Positions 42,566 through 51,736 of a stretch of 59,973 nt of DNA are shown one piece after another; position 1 is the first letter of the stretch, and each line of letters begins with the position of its first letter. A program made the translations under genes and the position numbers. The stretch lies in the IMG/VR virus record IMGVR_UViG_3300035145_001735, positions 1-59,973 of that record, one strand, 5' to 3'. This DNA is from a virus (taxonomy: Duplodnaviria; Caudoviricetes). Below the pieces are notes generated by a model that saw only the letters and a list, made by a program, of their open reading frames with translations, was not told the origin of the DNA and did not search any database.

Positions 42566-42844
42566 ATGAAAATTGTTAAACAGGGATTGACACTAAGCGA
42601 TAATGATCTTCATATTATAGATGTTGCAGTAGTAACTAAAATGATGAAGAATCGCTTAGTAGTAGAATTCAACGACGAGCCGGATTTAGACAGTTTAGAC
42701 TTTAGTGGCTGCACTGGCTTTCATTACATAAAAAGTTTAGGTAAAAAGTTGTATCAATTTTGGTTTGAAGAAGCAACCGATTTTGATACATTTTATTCAA
42801 ATCTTATAGCGTATAAAATGTCAATTGATAATAGTGATAAATAA
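42566..42844 (+). CDS. hypothetical protein
   Basis: ATAAATA immediately upstream (42556-42562). Confidence 0.7.
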   Translation: MKIVKQGLTLSDNDLHIIDVAVVTKMMKNRLVVEFNDEPDLDSLDFSGCTGFHYIKSLGKKLYQFWFEEATDFDTFYSNLIAYKMSIDNSDK

Positions 42845-42879
42845 GTACGTATATAATTAATAGTCAATAGGAGTATAAT

Positions 42880-43140
42880 ATGGCTGAAGAAAATCAAAAC
42901 CCAGAAACAGAAGCGGAAGCACCTGCAGCAGAAGCACAGACAGTTGCACCAAGTTTAGGTGTAGCAGACTTGCAAAATGCAGCACAAGTTATTGACTTAG
43001 CAATGCAACGTGGTGCATTCCGTGCTGCGGAGGCTGCACAAGTAGGTGTTGTATACAATCGTTTAACAGCATTTATTACAAGTGTACAAGATCAACAAAA
43101 AGATCAAAATGAAGAAGCCGCAGCCGAAGAAACAGCATAA
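42880..43140 (+). CDS. conserved hypothetical protein (IDLAMQRGAFRAAE motif)
   Basis: ATAAATA 42837-42843, AGGAG SD. Confidence 0.75.
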   Translation: MAEENQNPETEAEAPAAEAQTVAPSLGVADLQNAAQVIDLAMQRGAFRAAEAAQVGVVYNRLTAFITSVQDQQKDQNEEAAAEETA

Positions 43141-43151
43141 GGAGGCTTATC

Positions 43152-43808
43152 ATGGCAAATTTAAAACACATCGGGCAAGTAACTAACACAGGTATTAAAT
43201 GTGTAGTTCTGTTCCGTGAAATCTACGACGACCGTGGTAATGTACAGGATCACGACCATTGTTTAGTAGTAGAAACTGACAGACTACCAGATTATGCACA
43301 CGACGATGTTGTTCGTGTAGTAGAGTCAGTAGCAGGACAAGAAGCCAACGAATTCTACGAAATTGCTAATCGTAGTTACTTTAGCGATGGTGCACCTATG
43401 TTACAAGAGATGCATAAACGTGGATGGATTAAAAAATATCCAACTACTAATATTACATTAACACCTAATCGTAGTACAGGCGTATTATTAAGTGAAGTTA
43501 ACGAAGTGATTCGTAAACAAAAAACTGGTATGAGCGAACGTGACATTCGTAATACAATGACAAATGACACAGACCAGCCGCCACGCACACAGACTACATT
43601 AGATCCAACACAGACTATCGATCAAGCAGTGAATACCAATGAACAAGCATTAGATGATACAGCAATTGCACAAGGTTTGTTATCACAAGCGGAAACGTTT
43701 TTAGCGGAAGCAGAAAGATTAAAAGCACAAGCATACGAAATGGATCCAAATTTGAAACCAAAGCGAGGACGCAAACCTAAAAAAGCAACTGCTAATGCCG
43801 ATACATAA
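43152..43808 (+). CDS. conserved hypothetical protein
   Basis: GGAGG SD; LKHIGQ...VLFRE...CLVV; basic C-tail. Confidence 0.75.
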   Translation: MANLKHIGQVTNTGIKCVVLFREIYDDRGNVQDHDHCLVVETDRLPDYAHDDVVRVVESVAGQEANEFYEIANRSYFSDGAPMLQEMHKRGWIKKYPTTNITLTPNRSTGVLLSEVNEVIRKQKTGMSERDIRNTMTNDTDQPPRTQTTLDPTQTIDQAVNTNEQALDDTAIAQGLLSQAETFLAEAERLKAQAYEMDPNLKPKRGRKPKKATANADT

Positions 43809-44127
43809 AAAAGATCGAACATTTCAAAATATATTAAGAGACGCTAACATCGACGAAGTACCATTGGAATTCGTCGATCGTCTTATCCTTGTTTTAGAAA
43901 ACGGTGACCGAGTTATATTTGAAGGAGAGGATTTACAAGATGTCGACGAGCCTAATATTGTACTTTTTATTTTAAGTGCAGTCGAAGACTTAGGTGAAGA
44001 CTATGGAAGTCCTGTAAGTGATATTGAAATAGTAATAGATTACAATAAACTTGAAGATCAAATTAATAACTTGACAAAAAATTTATTGGACAAAAAGAAA
44101 GATGATTCGAGCGATACTAGCGTGTGA
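43795..44127 (+). CDS. hypothetical acidic protein
   Basis: 110 aa. Confidence 0.7.
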   Translation: MPIHKKDRTFQNILRDANIDEVPLEFVDRLILVLENGDRVIFEGEDLQDVDEPNIVLFILSAVEDLGEDYGSPVSDIEIVIDYNKLEDQINNLTKNLLDKKKDDSSDTSV

Positions 44128-44581
44128 TAATGATTGGGGTATAGGCAAAGACAATACTTTGCCTTGGCCACATAATCCAGCAGACTTAAAATGGTTTAAA
44201 GAAAATACCACAGGCGGTGTAGTTGCTATGGGTAAAGCAACTTGGGATAGTCTACCTAACAAACCTTTACCTAATCGTAATAATATTGTTGTAACAAGTA
44301 GTTCTGATGATTATAACGGCGGTGGCTATCATTATGTAAAATTTGAAACTGCTAAAACAGAACTAGTCAACATGAACAAACTGCAAGATGTTTGGATTAT
44401 TGGCGGTGCACAACTTGTTAACGGATTGTTACCTATTATCGACGAGATATGGTTAAGCCGTATTCCAGGTACATATGATTGTGACGTATTCCTTCCACGT
44501 GAAATTATCGAAACGTCATATGAAATGTTTAGCAGTGAACGAGAGGGAGACTTGTGGATTGACAAGTGGAGACAAATATGA
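44102..44581 (+). CDS. folA: dihydrofolate reductase
   Basis: IGKDNTLPW, DLKWFK, MGKATWDSLP, PLPNRNNIVVT, IIGG. Confidence 0.95.
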   Translation: MIRAILACDNDWGIGKDNTLPWPHNPADLKWFKENTTGGVVAMGKATWDSLPNKPLPNRNNIVVTSSSDDYNGGGYHYVKFETAKTELVNMNKLQDVWIIGGAQLVNGLLPIIDEIWLSRIPGTYDCDVFLPREIIETSYEMFSSEREGDLWIDKWRQI

Positions 44582-45006
44582 AAATACTAATATTTGGATT
44601 ACCAGGTAGTGGCAAAACTACACTTGCAAAACCACTAGCAGAATTATTAGGTGCTGTACATTTAAATGCCAATGACATTAGAGAACACTACAAAGATTGG
44701 GACTTTACACCTACAGGACGTATGCGACAAGCAGACCGTATGCGCTTGTTAGCAGATGGAGTTGTTCGTGCAGGTAAGATAGCAGTTGCTGATTTTGTGG
44801 CACCTACAGATCAAGCACGTATGGAGTTTAACCCCGACTTTACTATCTGGATGGATACCATTAAAGAAGGCAGATTTGAAGATACAAACAAAATGTTTGT
44901 GCCGCCATATAATGCATATGTTGATTATCATGTAAGCGAATGGTTCGATGATACACATACGGTATTACTCAAAGTTGTTCAAACTTGGATGGAAAGAAAT
45001 AAATGA
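44578..45006 (+). CDS. adenylyl-sulfate kinase-like P-loop kinase
   Basis: GLPGSGKTT, HLNANDIR, DFT..GRMRQ, ADFVAP, FVPP; start ATG 44578. Confidence 0.7.
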   Translation: MKILIFGLPGSGKTTLAKPLAELLGAVHLNANDIREHYKDWDFTPTGRMRQADRMRLLADGVVRAGKIAVADFVAPTDQARMEFNPDFTIWMDTIKEGRFEDTNKMFVPPYNAYVDYHVSEWFDDTHTVLLKVVQTWMERNK

Positions 45007-45419
45007 AATACTTTGACACTCAAAAACCGACTGTACAATTACTAGGACGTTGGCAACCATGGCATGATGGGCATACTGAATTAATTAAAAAAGCACTTGA
45101 AATAACCGGACAAGTATGTATTATGGTACGAGATGTAGGCGGCATTATAGGAGAAGATGCCGGCGACGGACGAACTACAGTACAAGATGATAATCCATTT
45201 ACATTTAATGAAGTTAGAAAAAACATTATCAATGCACTATATGATGAAAACATTGCACACAATAAACATTATATTATTATGAAAGTTCCTAACATTGTAG
45301 ATATTAGTTACGGACGTGGAGTAGGGTATACATTTACAGAACACGACTTAGGTGAAAAAATACATCAGATTAGTGCAACCGAGATAAGAGCACAAATGAG
45401 GGAAGAGGGCAAACTTTGA
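45003..45419 (+). CDS. small HxGH nucleotidyltransferase
   Basis: LGRWQPWHDGH, DNPFTF, YGRGVGY, ISATEIR. Confidence 0.8.
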   Translation: MKYFDTQKPTVQLLGRWQPWHDGHTELIKKALEITGQVCIMVRDVGGIIGEDAGDGRTTVQDDNPFTFNEVRKNIINALYDENIAHNKHYIIMKVPNIVDISYGRGVGYTFTEHDLGEKIHQISATEIRAQMREEGKL

Positions 45420-46282
45420 AACAGTATTTAGATGCGTTACAATATATTTTTGATAACGGAGAAGAAGTTACTGATCGTACCGGAGTAGGTACAAAGAGCG
45501 TGTTTGGATATCAAATGCGCTTTAATTTACAAGACGGCTTTCCTGCTGTTACTACTAAACGTCTTGCATGGAAAAGTGTGGTTGGAGAACTGTTATGGTT
45601 CTTAGAGGGCAGTACAGACGAGCGTAGACTAGCCGAACTTACGTATGGAGAACATCGTGGCAAGTTAATAGACAAAACAACTATTTGGACTGCTAATGCT
45701 GACAAGCAAGGTGTAGAACTAGGCTACCTTAACAACAAATTTACAAAACACTTAGGTCCTGTGTATGGCGCACAGTGGCGTAACTTTAATGGCGAACACC
45801 CAAAGTGTGATCAAATTGCTAACATTATTAAACAAATTAAAACAGAACCAGACAGTAGACGTATTATACTAAGTGCTTGGAATCCATTAAAAATTGAAGA
45901 AATGGCATTACCTCCATGTCATACACTAGCACAGTTTAGAGTAATGAACGGTCGTCTAAGTTGTCAACTATACCAGCGTAGTGCAGATATGTTCTTAGGC
46001 GTACCGTTTAACATTGCAAGTTACAGTCTACTAACACATATGCTAGCACACATCTGTGAACTGGAAGTTGGCGAGTTTGTGTGGACTGGCGGTGATTGTC
46101 ACATTTATATGAATCACTTAGAACAAGTCGAAGAGCAACTAACAAGAGACGAACGTAAACTACCTTACTTGTTTATGCCTCCTTTCTGTGATTTAGAAAC
46201 ATTACTAAACACAAGAACCTCAGATTACAAACTTGTAGGATATGATCCGATGCCAAGTATTAAGGCGCCAATGGCTGTATAA
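45416..46282 (+). CDS. thyA: thymidylate synthase
   Basis: DRTGVGT, ELLWFL, GPVYG.QWR, PDSRR, LPPCH, YQRSAD.FLGVPFN, HIY; uninterrupted. Confidence 0.97.
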   Translation: MKQYLDALQYIFDNGEEVTDRTGVGTKSVFGYQMRFNLQDGFPAVTTKRLAWKSVVGELLWFLEGSTDERRLAELTYGEHRGKLIDKTTIWTANADKQGVELGYLNNKFTKHLGPVYGAQWRNFNGEHPKCDQIANIIKQIKTEPDSRRIILSAWNPLKIEEMALPPCHTLAQFRVMNGRLSCQLYQRSADMFLGVPFNIASYSLLTHMLAHICELEVGEFVWTGGDCHIYMNHLEQVEEQLTRDERKLPYLFMPPFCDLETLLNTRTSDYKLVGYDPMPSIKAPMAV

Positions 46283-46293
46283 ATATTTTTATG
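46278..46293 (+). promoter_or_regulatory. T4-consensus late promoter TATAAATA 5 nt before ATG
   Basis: TATAAATA-TTTTT-ATG, no SD. Confidence 0.65.
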
Positions 46294-46845
46294 AAATATT
46301 TTACTCAGTTAAATTATCCAGAGTATGATTTAAAAACAGAGTTATATAATCTACTAGATAATAATAAAATTACATGGCATCATGGACAAATATGTATTAC
46401 TGGAGTCGAAGATGATCCAGATAATCAATCCATTGGTTGTGGTAGTTTATACTATGACTGGGATAATTCGTACTATGATGATCAAAATAATTTTGTTTTA
46501 CCTAAACGTAAAAAAATATACAAAGAAACAGATTTTAAAATATTAAACTCAGCGTTCCGTGGAACACTCTTCGAAAATGTACACAACATGCTAACTGAAA
46601 AACATACAGTTGGACGTATTAGGTTAATGAAATCAAAATTAAAAACTTGCTTGTCGTGGCATACAGATGATTCAACTAGAATACATTACCCTATAGTAAC
46701 ACAACCCGGTTGTATGATGGTAATCGAAGATGAAGTTATGCACATGCCAACTAACACATGGTGGCACACAGATACTACAAAGGAACACACTGCTTTTAAC
46801 GGAAGCAAAGAAGATAGAATTCATCTTGTTGTTTGTTTAACATGA
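46291..46845 (+). CDS. Asp/Asn beta-hydroxylase-like 2OG-Fe(II) oxygenase
   Basis: GRIRLM, WHTD, RIHYPI, HTAFN...DRIHLV. Confidence 0.8.
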   Translation: MKYFTQLNYPEYDLKTELYNLLDNNKITWHHGQICITGVEDDPDNQSIGCGSLYYDWDNSYYDDQNNFVLPKRKKIYKETDFKILNSAFRGTLFENVHNMLTEKHTVGRIRLMKSKLKTCLSWHTDDSTRIHYPIVTQPGCMMVIEDEVMHMPTNTWWHTDTTKEHTAFNGSKEDRIHLVVCLT

Positions 46846-47399
46846 ATAAAATTGCACTTACAGGACATACCAGCGGGTTAGGACTTGCTATACACAATCA
46901 TTTTTCAATAGAATGTGTTTTTTCTAGATCCAATAACTATGATTTGCTTGATGCAAAAAATATTAAAAGTATGGTTAATGCTGCTCAAGACTGTGATATT
47001 TTTATTAACAATGCTTTTCCTGCAATTGCAGCAGATAAAGTAGAAGGCATGAGTACACAGTTAGATATATTATATCAAATGTATCAGCGTTGGGAAAAAC
47101 ACAACAACAAATTAATTATTAACTTAGGATCAAACACAAGCGACGGAATTAAAAAACATGTATGGCCATATGCTGCAGCAAAAGCCGCTACTGATAAAGC
47201 ATGTGAACAACTATCGTATTTAAAAGATGGACCTAAGGTTTGTAATCTTAGATTTGGATATATTGACTTTCCGCATATTAACAAGATAGCGCCAAACGAA
47301 AAGAAGATATCCGTTGCAACTGCACTTAATTCTATACAATATGTTATTAACACCTTCAATGCCGGAAATACAGTCAGAGAACTTACAGTAATACCATGA
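46842..47399 (+). CDS. short-chain dehydrogenase/reductase (compact)
   Basis: TGHTSGLG, FINNA, YAAAK. Confidence 0.8.
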   Translation: MNKIALTGHTSGLGLAIHNHFSIECVFSRSNNYDLLDAKNIKSMVNAAQDCDIFINNAFPAIAADKVEGMSTQLDILYQMYQRWEKHNNKLIINLGSNTSDGIKKHVWPYAAAKAATDKACEQLSYLKDGPKVCNLRFGYIDFPHINKIAPNEKKISVATALNSIQYVINTFNAGNTVRELTVIP

Positions 47400-48055
47400 T
47401 CGAATTTGACTTGCCACCTGAGACATTAGAGCAACTTATCGAGTTATCAGTTACTGGTAAAGCAAGCGAAATGTACGAACTAAGCATTATAGAAGAACAA
47501 GAAAAAATAAAAAATATTATAAGTTCTTTTATTGATACAAAACATTACCATTATGGAAACTTGTTTTCACACATTAACCCATTTACAATACATGCAGATA
47601 TATCTGACAAAAAACAAACAATAATGTTAATGCCTATATCTGCAGCACCATCTCAACATTTTATAGTATTTGATCAAACAATTAATAGTCCGAGTCCTGT
47701 AAGTTGGATTTGGAATATATTTGATGATAAAACTGATAAAGAATTAGAAGAAATGTATTATCTAAGTGCATTAAAAAGTAGACCATGTGAATACAAAAAC
47801 ATATCAGGGTTAACAAATAAACCAATCGACGATGGTTTAATGCAACACCTACCTTACAGTAAAGAGTTTTACTACAGTCTAAGCGGGAAAGCATGGCCAT
47901 ATACACCAGGCAAAGCATTGATATTTTCTGCTGTTCACCCACATGCCACAGGTATAATGCAGTCTCCTAAGATTGGCTGTACTGTACAGTTTAATGTTTC
48001 GTATGAGCAAGTAATACTTGGGCTGAATTCATCAATACAACACAACCGATTTTAA
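47396..48055 (+). CDS. 2OG-Fe(II)/cupin-like oxygenase
   Basis: IHAD...VFDQ...PGKALIF...HAT...KIG. Confidence 0.65.
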   Translation: MIEFDLPPETLEQLIELSVTGKASEMYELSIIEEQEKIKNIISSFIDTKHYHYGNLFSHINPFTIHADISDKKQTIMLMPISAAPSQHFIVFDQTINSPSPVSWIWNIFDDKTDKELEEMYYLSALKSRPCEYKNISGLTNKPIDDGLMQHLPYSKEFYYSLSGKAWPYTPGKALIFSAVHPHATGIMQSPKIGCTVQFNVSYEQVILGLNSSIQHNRF

Positions 48056-48680
48056 ATGCACTCTGCACTGCAGTTCCGTGTATTTGACTGCTTTTAAATA
48101 GCAATGCAGCACCAGGTCTCCAGTGCCATGCAACACCTGTTAGTCCATGATAAAAATCTTCATTACCGTAAGGTAATAAATTTTGTATATCTGCAGGTAA
48201 CGGCTGATCAGTAATTGCACTTACACCCGGTGTGTCTGCAGGACGTACATCAACTAATACTTCACTTGGTAAGTGATCGTTATCAGCATCACTAGTGCTC
48301 TGATGTTCAGGACCTGCTGGTTCATGTTTTTCGTGTTCTATACTACTAAGTCTCCAACTCATACCATGTGATGTAAACTGTTGATCAAATACTAGTAGAC
48401 GCTGTTCTTGTTCAGTAGTCTTGTATAAAGGTACACATAAATTGTAAATAGCATTCTTTTTGTATCTGTCTACATGTAACGGAATTGGCTGTGTATGTGC
48501 ATAGATATATGCTGTTTCCATTATATTAGTATCTAAGTAAGAACCAAACGCACGTTCACGTAATTCAGCAGGTACATTCATATAAAAAGGATCTACCCGT
48601 GTTTCTAGGTCAACATGTTCACGCACATAACTCATTAGTATATCAATTGTGTGCTGTTGTATTGCTACTTCTTGTGTCAT
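47991..48680 (-). CDS. 2OG-Fe(II)/cupin-like oxygenase, paralog of 47396..48055
   Basis: LHVD...VFDQ...PGAALLF...HGT...KIG. Confidence 0.65.
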   Translation of the reverse strand: MTQEVAIQQHTIDILMSYVREHVDLETRVDPFYMNVPAELRERAFGSYLDTNIMETAYIYAHTQPIPLHVDRYKKNAIYNLCVPLYKTTEQEQRLLVFDQQFTSHGMSWRLSSIEHEKHEPAGPEHQSTSDADNDHLPSEVLVDVRPADTPGVSAITDQPLPADIQNLLPYGNEDFYHGLTGVAWHWRPGAALLFKSSQIHGTAVQSAFKIGCVVLMNSAQVLLAHTKH

Positions 48681-49291
48681 TGTGGTAAATCATCAACACC
48701 ATCTAAACTGAACATCAGTGCAATTCTAGGACGATTGCTCATGTTCACAACTGCATGTGGATATCCGATATTTAGGAAGTAAGCATTACCATCTTCTAAA
48801 TTGTAGGCTTCTAGATCGCCGTCACGTTTAAACAAATTAACAACATTGTTACCTCCGTGGATAGGACAAATACAACGCACAGCATAACTCACATCGTAGT
48901 CAACATGAAAAGGAATTATTTTACCTGGTGCAAGTTTTGTAATGCGTACACGACTTGCAGGTGCTTTTAACTGTGTTACAACTTGTTCAAAGTAACTGCC
49001 TGTGTACTGTTCCGTAGGAACATTGTACAAGTGTTCTTCACGTCTACGCAATCTTTCTTTGATACTGGCTTCGTATGGCAATATTTCACTTGGTGTTGTT
49101 AGGTTAATTTGCTCAAAGTTATCGTAAACATTTGCTACCAGTTCCATGTGATTGTCACACAGCATAGGATTGGCAGTTCTAACATCTGTGTAACTTTCTG
49201 CCAGTGCATCTGCTGCACTGCGTAAACGTTCTAGATCAATATCCAAATTGAAATTATGTATAGTGGGCAGTTGATGCTTTTTTAAACTCAT
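48677..49291 (-). CDS. Asp/Asn beta-hydroxylase-like 2OG-Fe(II) oxygenase
   Basis: RVRITKLAPG.IPFHVD, HAVVN....R. Confidence 0.8.
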   Translation of the reverse strand: MSLKKHQLPTIHNFNLDIDLERLRSAADALAESYTDVRTANPMLCDNHMELVANVYDNFEQINLTTPSEILPYEASIKERLRRREEHLYNVPTEQYTGSYFEQVVTQLKAPASRVRITKLAPGKIIPFHVDYDVSYAVRCICPIHGGNNVVNLFKRDGDLEAYNLEDGNAYFLNIGYPHAVVNMSNRPRIALMFSLDGVDDLPQ

Positions 49292-49895
49292 AGTATTCTC
49301 CTACTTGTTCTAAGTTTATTCCTTGTTGTTGCATTTGTTGTTCATAATCAACTATTGTGCTTAGTTGATGATACCGTGAAAACGGCAACGCCAGATCTTC
49401 ATAGTATACAACTGTACCTTCAACAGCGTCTAACTGATCTTTTATAGCAAAAAATTGATCTAAACTGGCCTGCAAATCAACAGTGTTATCAATATTTATA
49501 TCGTGGGCATATTCCACATCAACTATGCCAGCAGTACGCCAATGTACCAATTCCTGCCACATAAAGCTCAATGCCCAACGCCAAAGGTTTTTGCGTTTCA
49601 GTACCAACACTTGATCATTACAGTAAAAATCTACAAACCATGTGTTGTAATAATCAAATTGATCAGTTTGCAAATAGTTTATATGATGCTTGAACGTGTA
49701 TTCACGTCCCAGTTCACGCTCACTGTTAAGCCATGCTATTTTGGTTGCTGTATCCCATTCGCTTTTTATATCAGGATTCAAAAACTCTGCCTTGTCATGT
49801 GGCTTGTACACATTGGGCAACAGAAGATTTTCACGGTCAATGTGCTCGTAGTAATAACTGCTACCCGAACGAGGTGCACTCAACAGTACCTTCAT
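49254..49895 (-). CDS. sulfotransferase (Stf0-like)
   Basis: APRSGSS PAPS 5'-loop, LKRKN...ALS 3'-phosphate motif, YYEDL. Confidence 0.75.
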   Translation of the reverse strand: MKVLLSAPRSGSSYYYEHIDRENLLLPNVYKPHDKAEFLNPDIKSEWDTATKIAWLNSERELGREYTFKHHINYLQTDQFDYYNTWFVDFYCNDQVLVLKRKNLWRWALSFMWQELVHWRTAGIVDVEYAHDINIDNTVDLQASLDQFFAIKDQLDAVEGTVVYYEDLALPFSRYHQLSTIVDYEQQMQQQGINLEQVGEYYEFKKASTAHYT

Positions 49896-50494
49896 ATATA
49901 GTCCTCAGCAGGCACAATCAAATCACTTTTGGGTTGCCAAACATAGTCAGGATCTTGTAATCTAATACTGTAAACATACTGTACAATTGGTCCTGTTTTG
50001 AACAAAAAGTCTGGTTCTAACTGTAAACTGTTATACCATTCACCCGTTGTCCATTCATTGAAACTGCTAACAGTCATACGTTTTTTACGTTGATACAGTG
50101 CATTGATTGCACGTTTTGTAATGTCATGTGTAACGTACAGTATTTGATAACCTTGTTCTCTAGCCCACGGTATCTGCAGTTCTCCCATACGCAAACCACA
50201 ATGTGTAAAACGATAGTCTTTTAATATATGATATCTACAAATTCTAACAGCAATGTCAGGATCATTTGTATAATGAGATTGCTCTGCTGCACTAATGCTA
50301 ATTAGTTTATTATCTATAAAGCACATCCAAGTTTCAATACGAGGATCGTCTGGATCGTAATGTCTTGACTTGTATTTTACAAAACTATCATTACCTTCAG
50401 CAATGCATTGTTTAGCAAACTCGTGTACTAAAGGTCTATAGTAGTCAGGATCTTCACTGTATCTATAAATTGAGATGTTCTGTTGTGATTGCAT
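49892..50494 (-). CDS. GNAT-like acyltransferase
   Basis: WMCFIDNKLISISA, RYHILKDYR, WAREQGYQILYVT, NALY. Confidence 0.55.
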   Translation of the reverse strand: MQSQQNISIYRYSEDPDYYRPLVHEFAKQCIAEGNDSFVKYKSRHYDPDDPRIETWMCFIDNKLISISAAEQSHYTNDPDIAVRICRYHILKDYRFTHCGLRMGELQIPWAREQGYQILYVTHDITKRAINALYQRKKRMTVSSFNEWTTGEWYNSLQLEPDFLFKTGPIVQYVYSIRLQDPDYVWQPKSDLIVPAEDYI

Positions 50495-51257
50495 ATTCTT
50501 TATATTTGTTCCAACTTTTTTCTAGCAACTCGTGCCATTTAGGTAAATCGTAAACACCATGTAATACCAATTGCACTCGCTCACGCATTTCAAATCCACG
50601 GTCAACACCATGTTCATATACTGCACCATCATATGCAAATGCATTTGTTTCTGGAGGTAACATAGGATAAACTTGTGTAGCATCACTATCTGGAGTCATG
50701 TAAAAATGTTCGTTACGCCAATCAGTTACTCTGCTCCATCTAAAGTGCAAGTGACTAGGTGCCTGTGTTTTAAGTATATCGTTTATTGCTAATTCTTCGT
50801 CATAGTGACAAGGTATTGCTTGTGGTGATTGTACAAAAAATGCTTGGTGTATAGTTTCAAATGGTAAGTTTTCAACATACTCAATAATGTCAGGAAATGC
50901 TTCTGTTGCAAAGCCATACCAGTCTGGATTAGCACCGGCTTGCCCGCACATGTTTGGTTTTAAAAATGTTAACTGTCCTACATTACGAGTTTGATAATAG
51001 TATTCTTGTAAAGTTGGATCTTCTGCTAAATCTGCTACTAAATCCATATCAACATCTAAGTAAGGTAAATCAACTGGTGTCCATACCATATCACGATATC
51101 CTGTATATTCATCATTTAATGAAAGATATTCGTAACTTGGACGATCTACTTTAACTAATGTACCAGGATCATCATTGATATAGCGCCTAATAGGTTCGCC
51201 ATTTTCATAATATTCTATTTCGTTTTTTACTATACGAAAGTTATCTGTATTGTACAT
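50463..51257 (-). CDS. 2OG-Fe(II)/cupin-like oxygenase
   Basis: VENLPF, IPCHYD, EHGVD...R. Confidence 0.6.
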   Translation of the reverse strand: MYNTDNFRIVKNEIEYYENGEPIRRYINDDPGTLVKVDRPSYEYLSLNDEYTGYRDMVWTPVDLPYLDVDMDLVADLAEDPTLQEYYYQTRNVGQLTFLKPNMCGQAGANPDWYGFATEAFPDIIEYVENLPFETIHQAFFVQSPQAIPCHYDEELAINDILKTQAPSHLHFRWSRVTDWRNEHFYMTPDSDATQVYPMLPPETNAFAYDGAVYEHGVDRGFEMRERVQLVLHGVYDLPKWHELLEKSWNKYKEYAITTEHLNL

Positions 51258-51732
51258 CTAATATTGTCCTATGTCCTACAGGTATGTTTAAATTAAATTC
51301 ATACCTAAAATGTTCGTAACGATTAAAATAATCCAAATCAGTATACGGCAAGTCTTCTGTATTTTTATTATTTACTTCATGTATAATGGCACGTTTTGGT
51401 TTATAAAAATTACAAATACGTTCAAACATGTTCAATGGATCGTTGTCATAAATTAACACACTTCCAAACACAATAACATCACATGCAACTAATTTTAAAT
51501 TATTCCAGTCTCGAATTTCAAATGTTTTGTCAGGATATGTTTGTTTAGCAAAATTTATAGGTTCCTCACTAGTATCGAAACCATAATAATCATATGTATG
51601 TTTTTTTAAATATTTGTTTACTTCACCTGTACGACATCCTACATCGACTATATGTTTACAATTATTTTTAACAACAATTGTGGCTATTGTTTGATACAGT
51701 ACACTAGCATCAGTACTGTCTAAATAGTTCAT
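51241..51732 (-). CDS. class I SAM-dependent methyltransferase
   Basis: IVDVGCRTG, YYGFDTS, DVIVFGSVL; start moved to ATG 51732 (GAGGA SD). Confidence 0.85.
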   Translation of the reverse strand: MNYLDSTDASVLYQTIATIVVKNNCKHIVDVGCRTGEVNKYLKKHTYDYYGFDTSEEPINFAKQTYPDKTFEIRDWNNLKLVACDVIVFGSVLIYDNDPLNMFERICNFYKPKRAIIHEVNNKNTEDLPYTDLDYFNRYEHFRYEFNLNIPVGHRTILDVQYR

Positions 51733-51736
51733 TTCC

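Noticed and set aside
44071-44100. TTGACA upstream of folA (also at 32540)
   Set aside because: No acceptable -10 at 16-18 nt.
15711-46282. Introns or inteins in polB and thyA
   Set aside because: Both ORFs are continuous, of ordinary length, with motifs in order.
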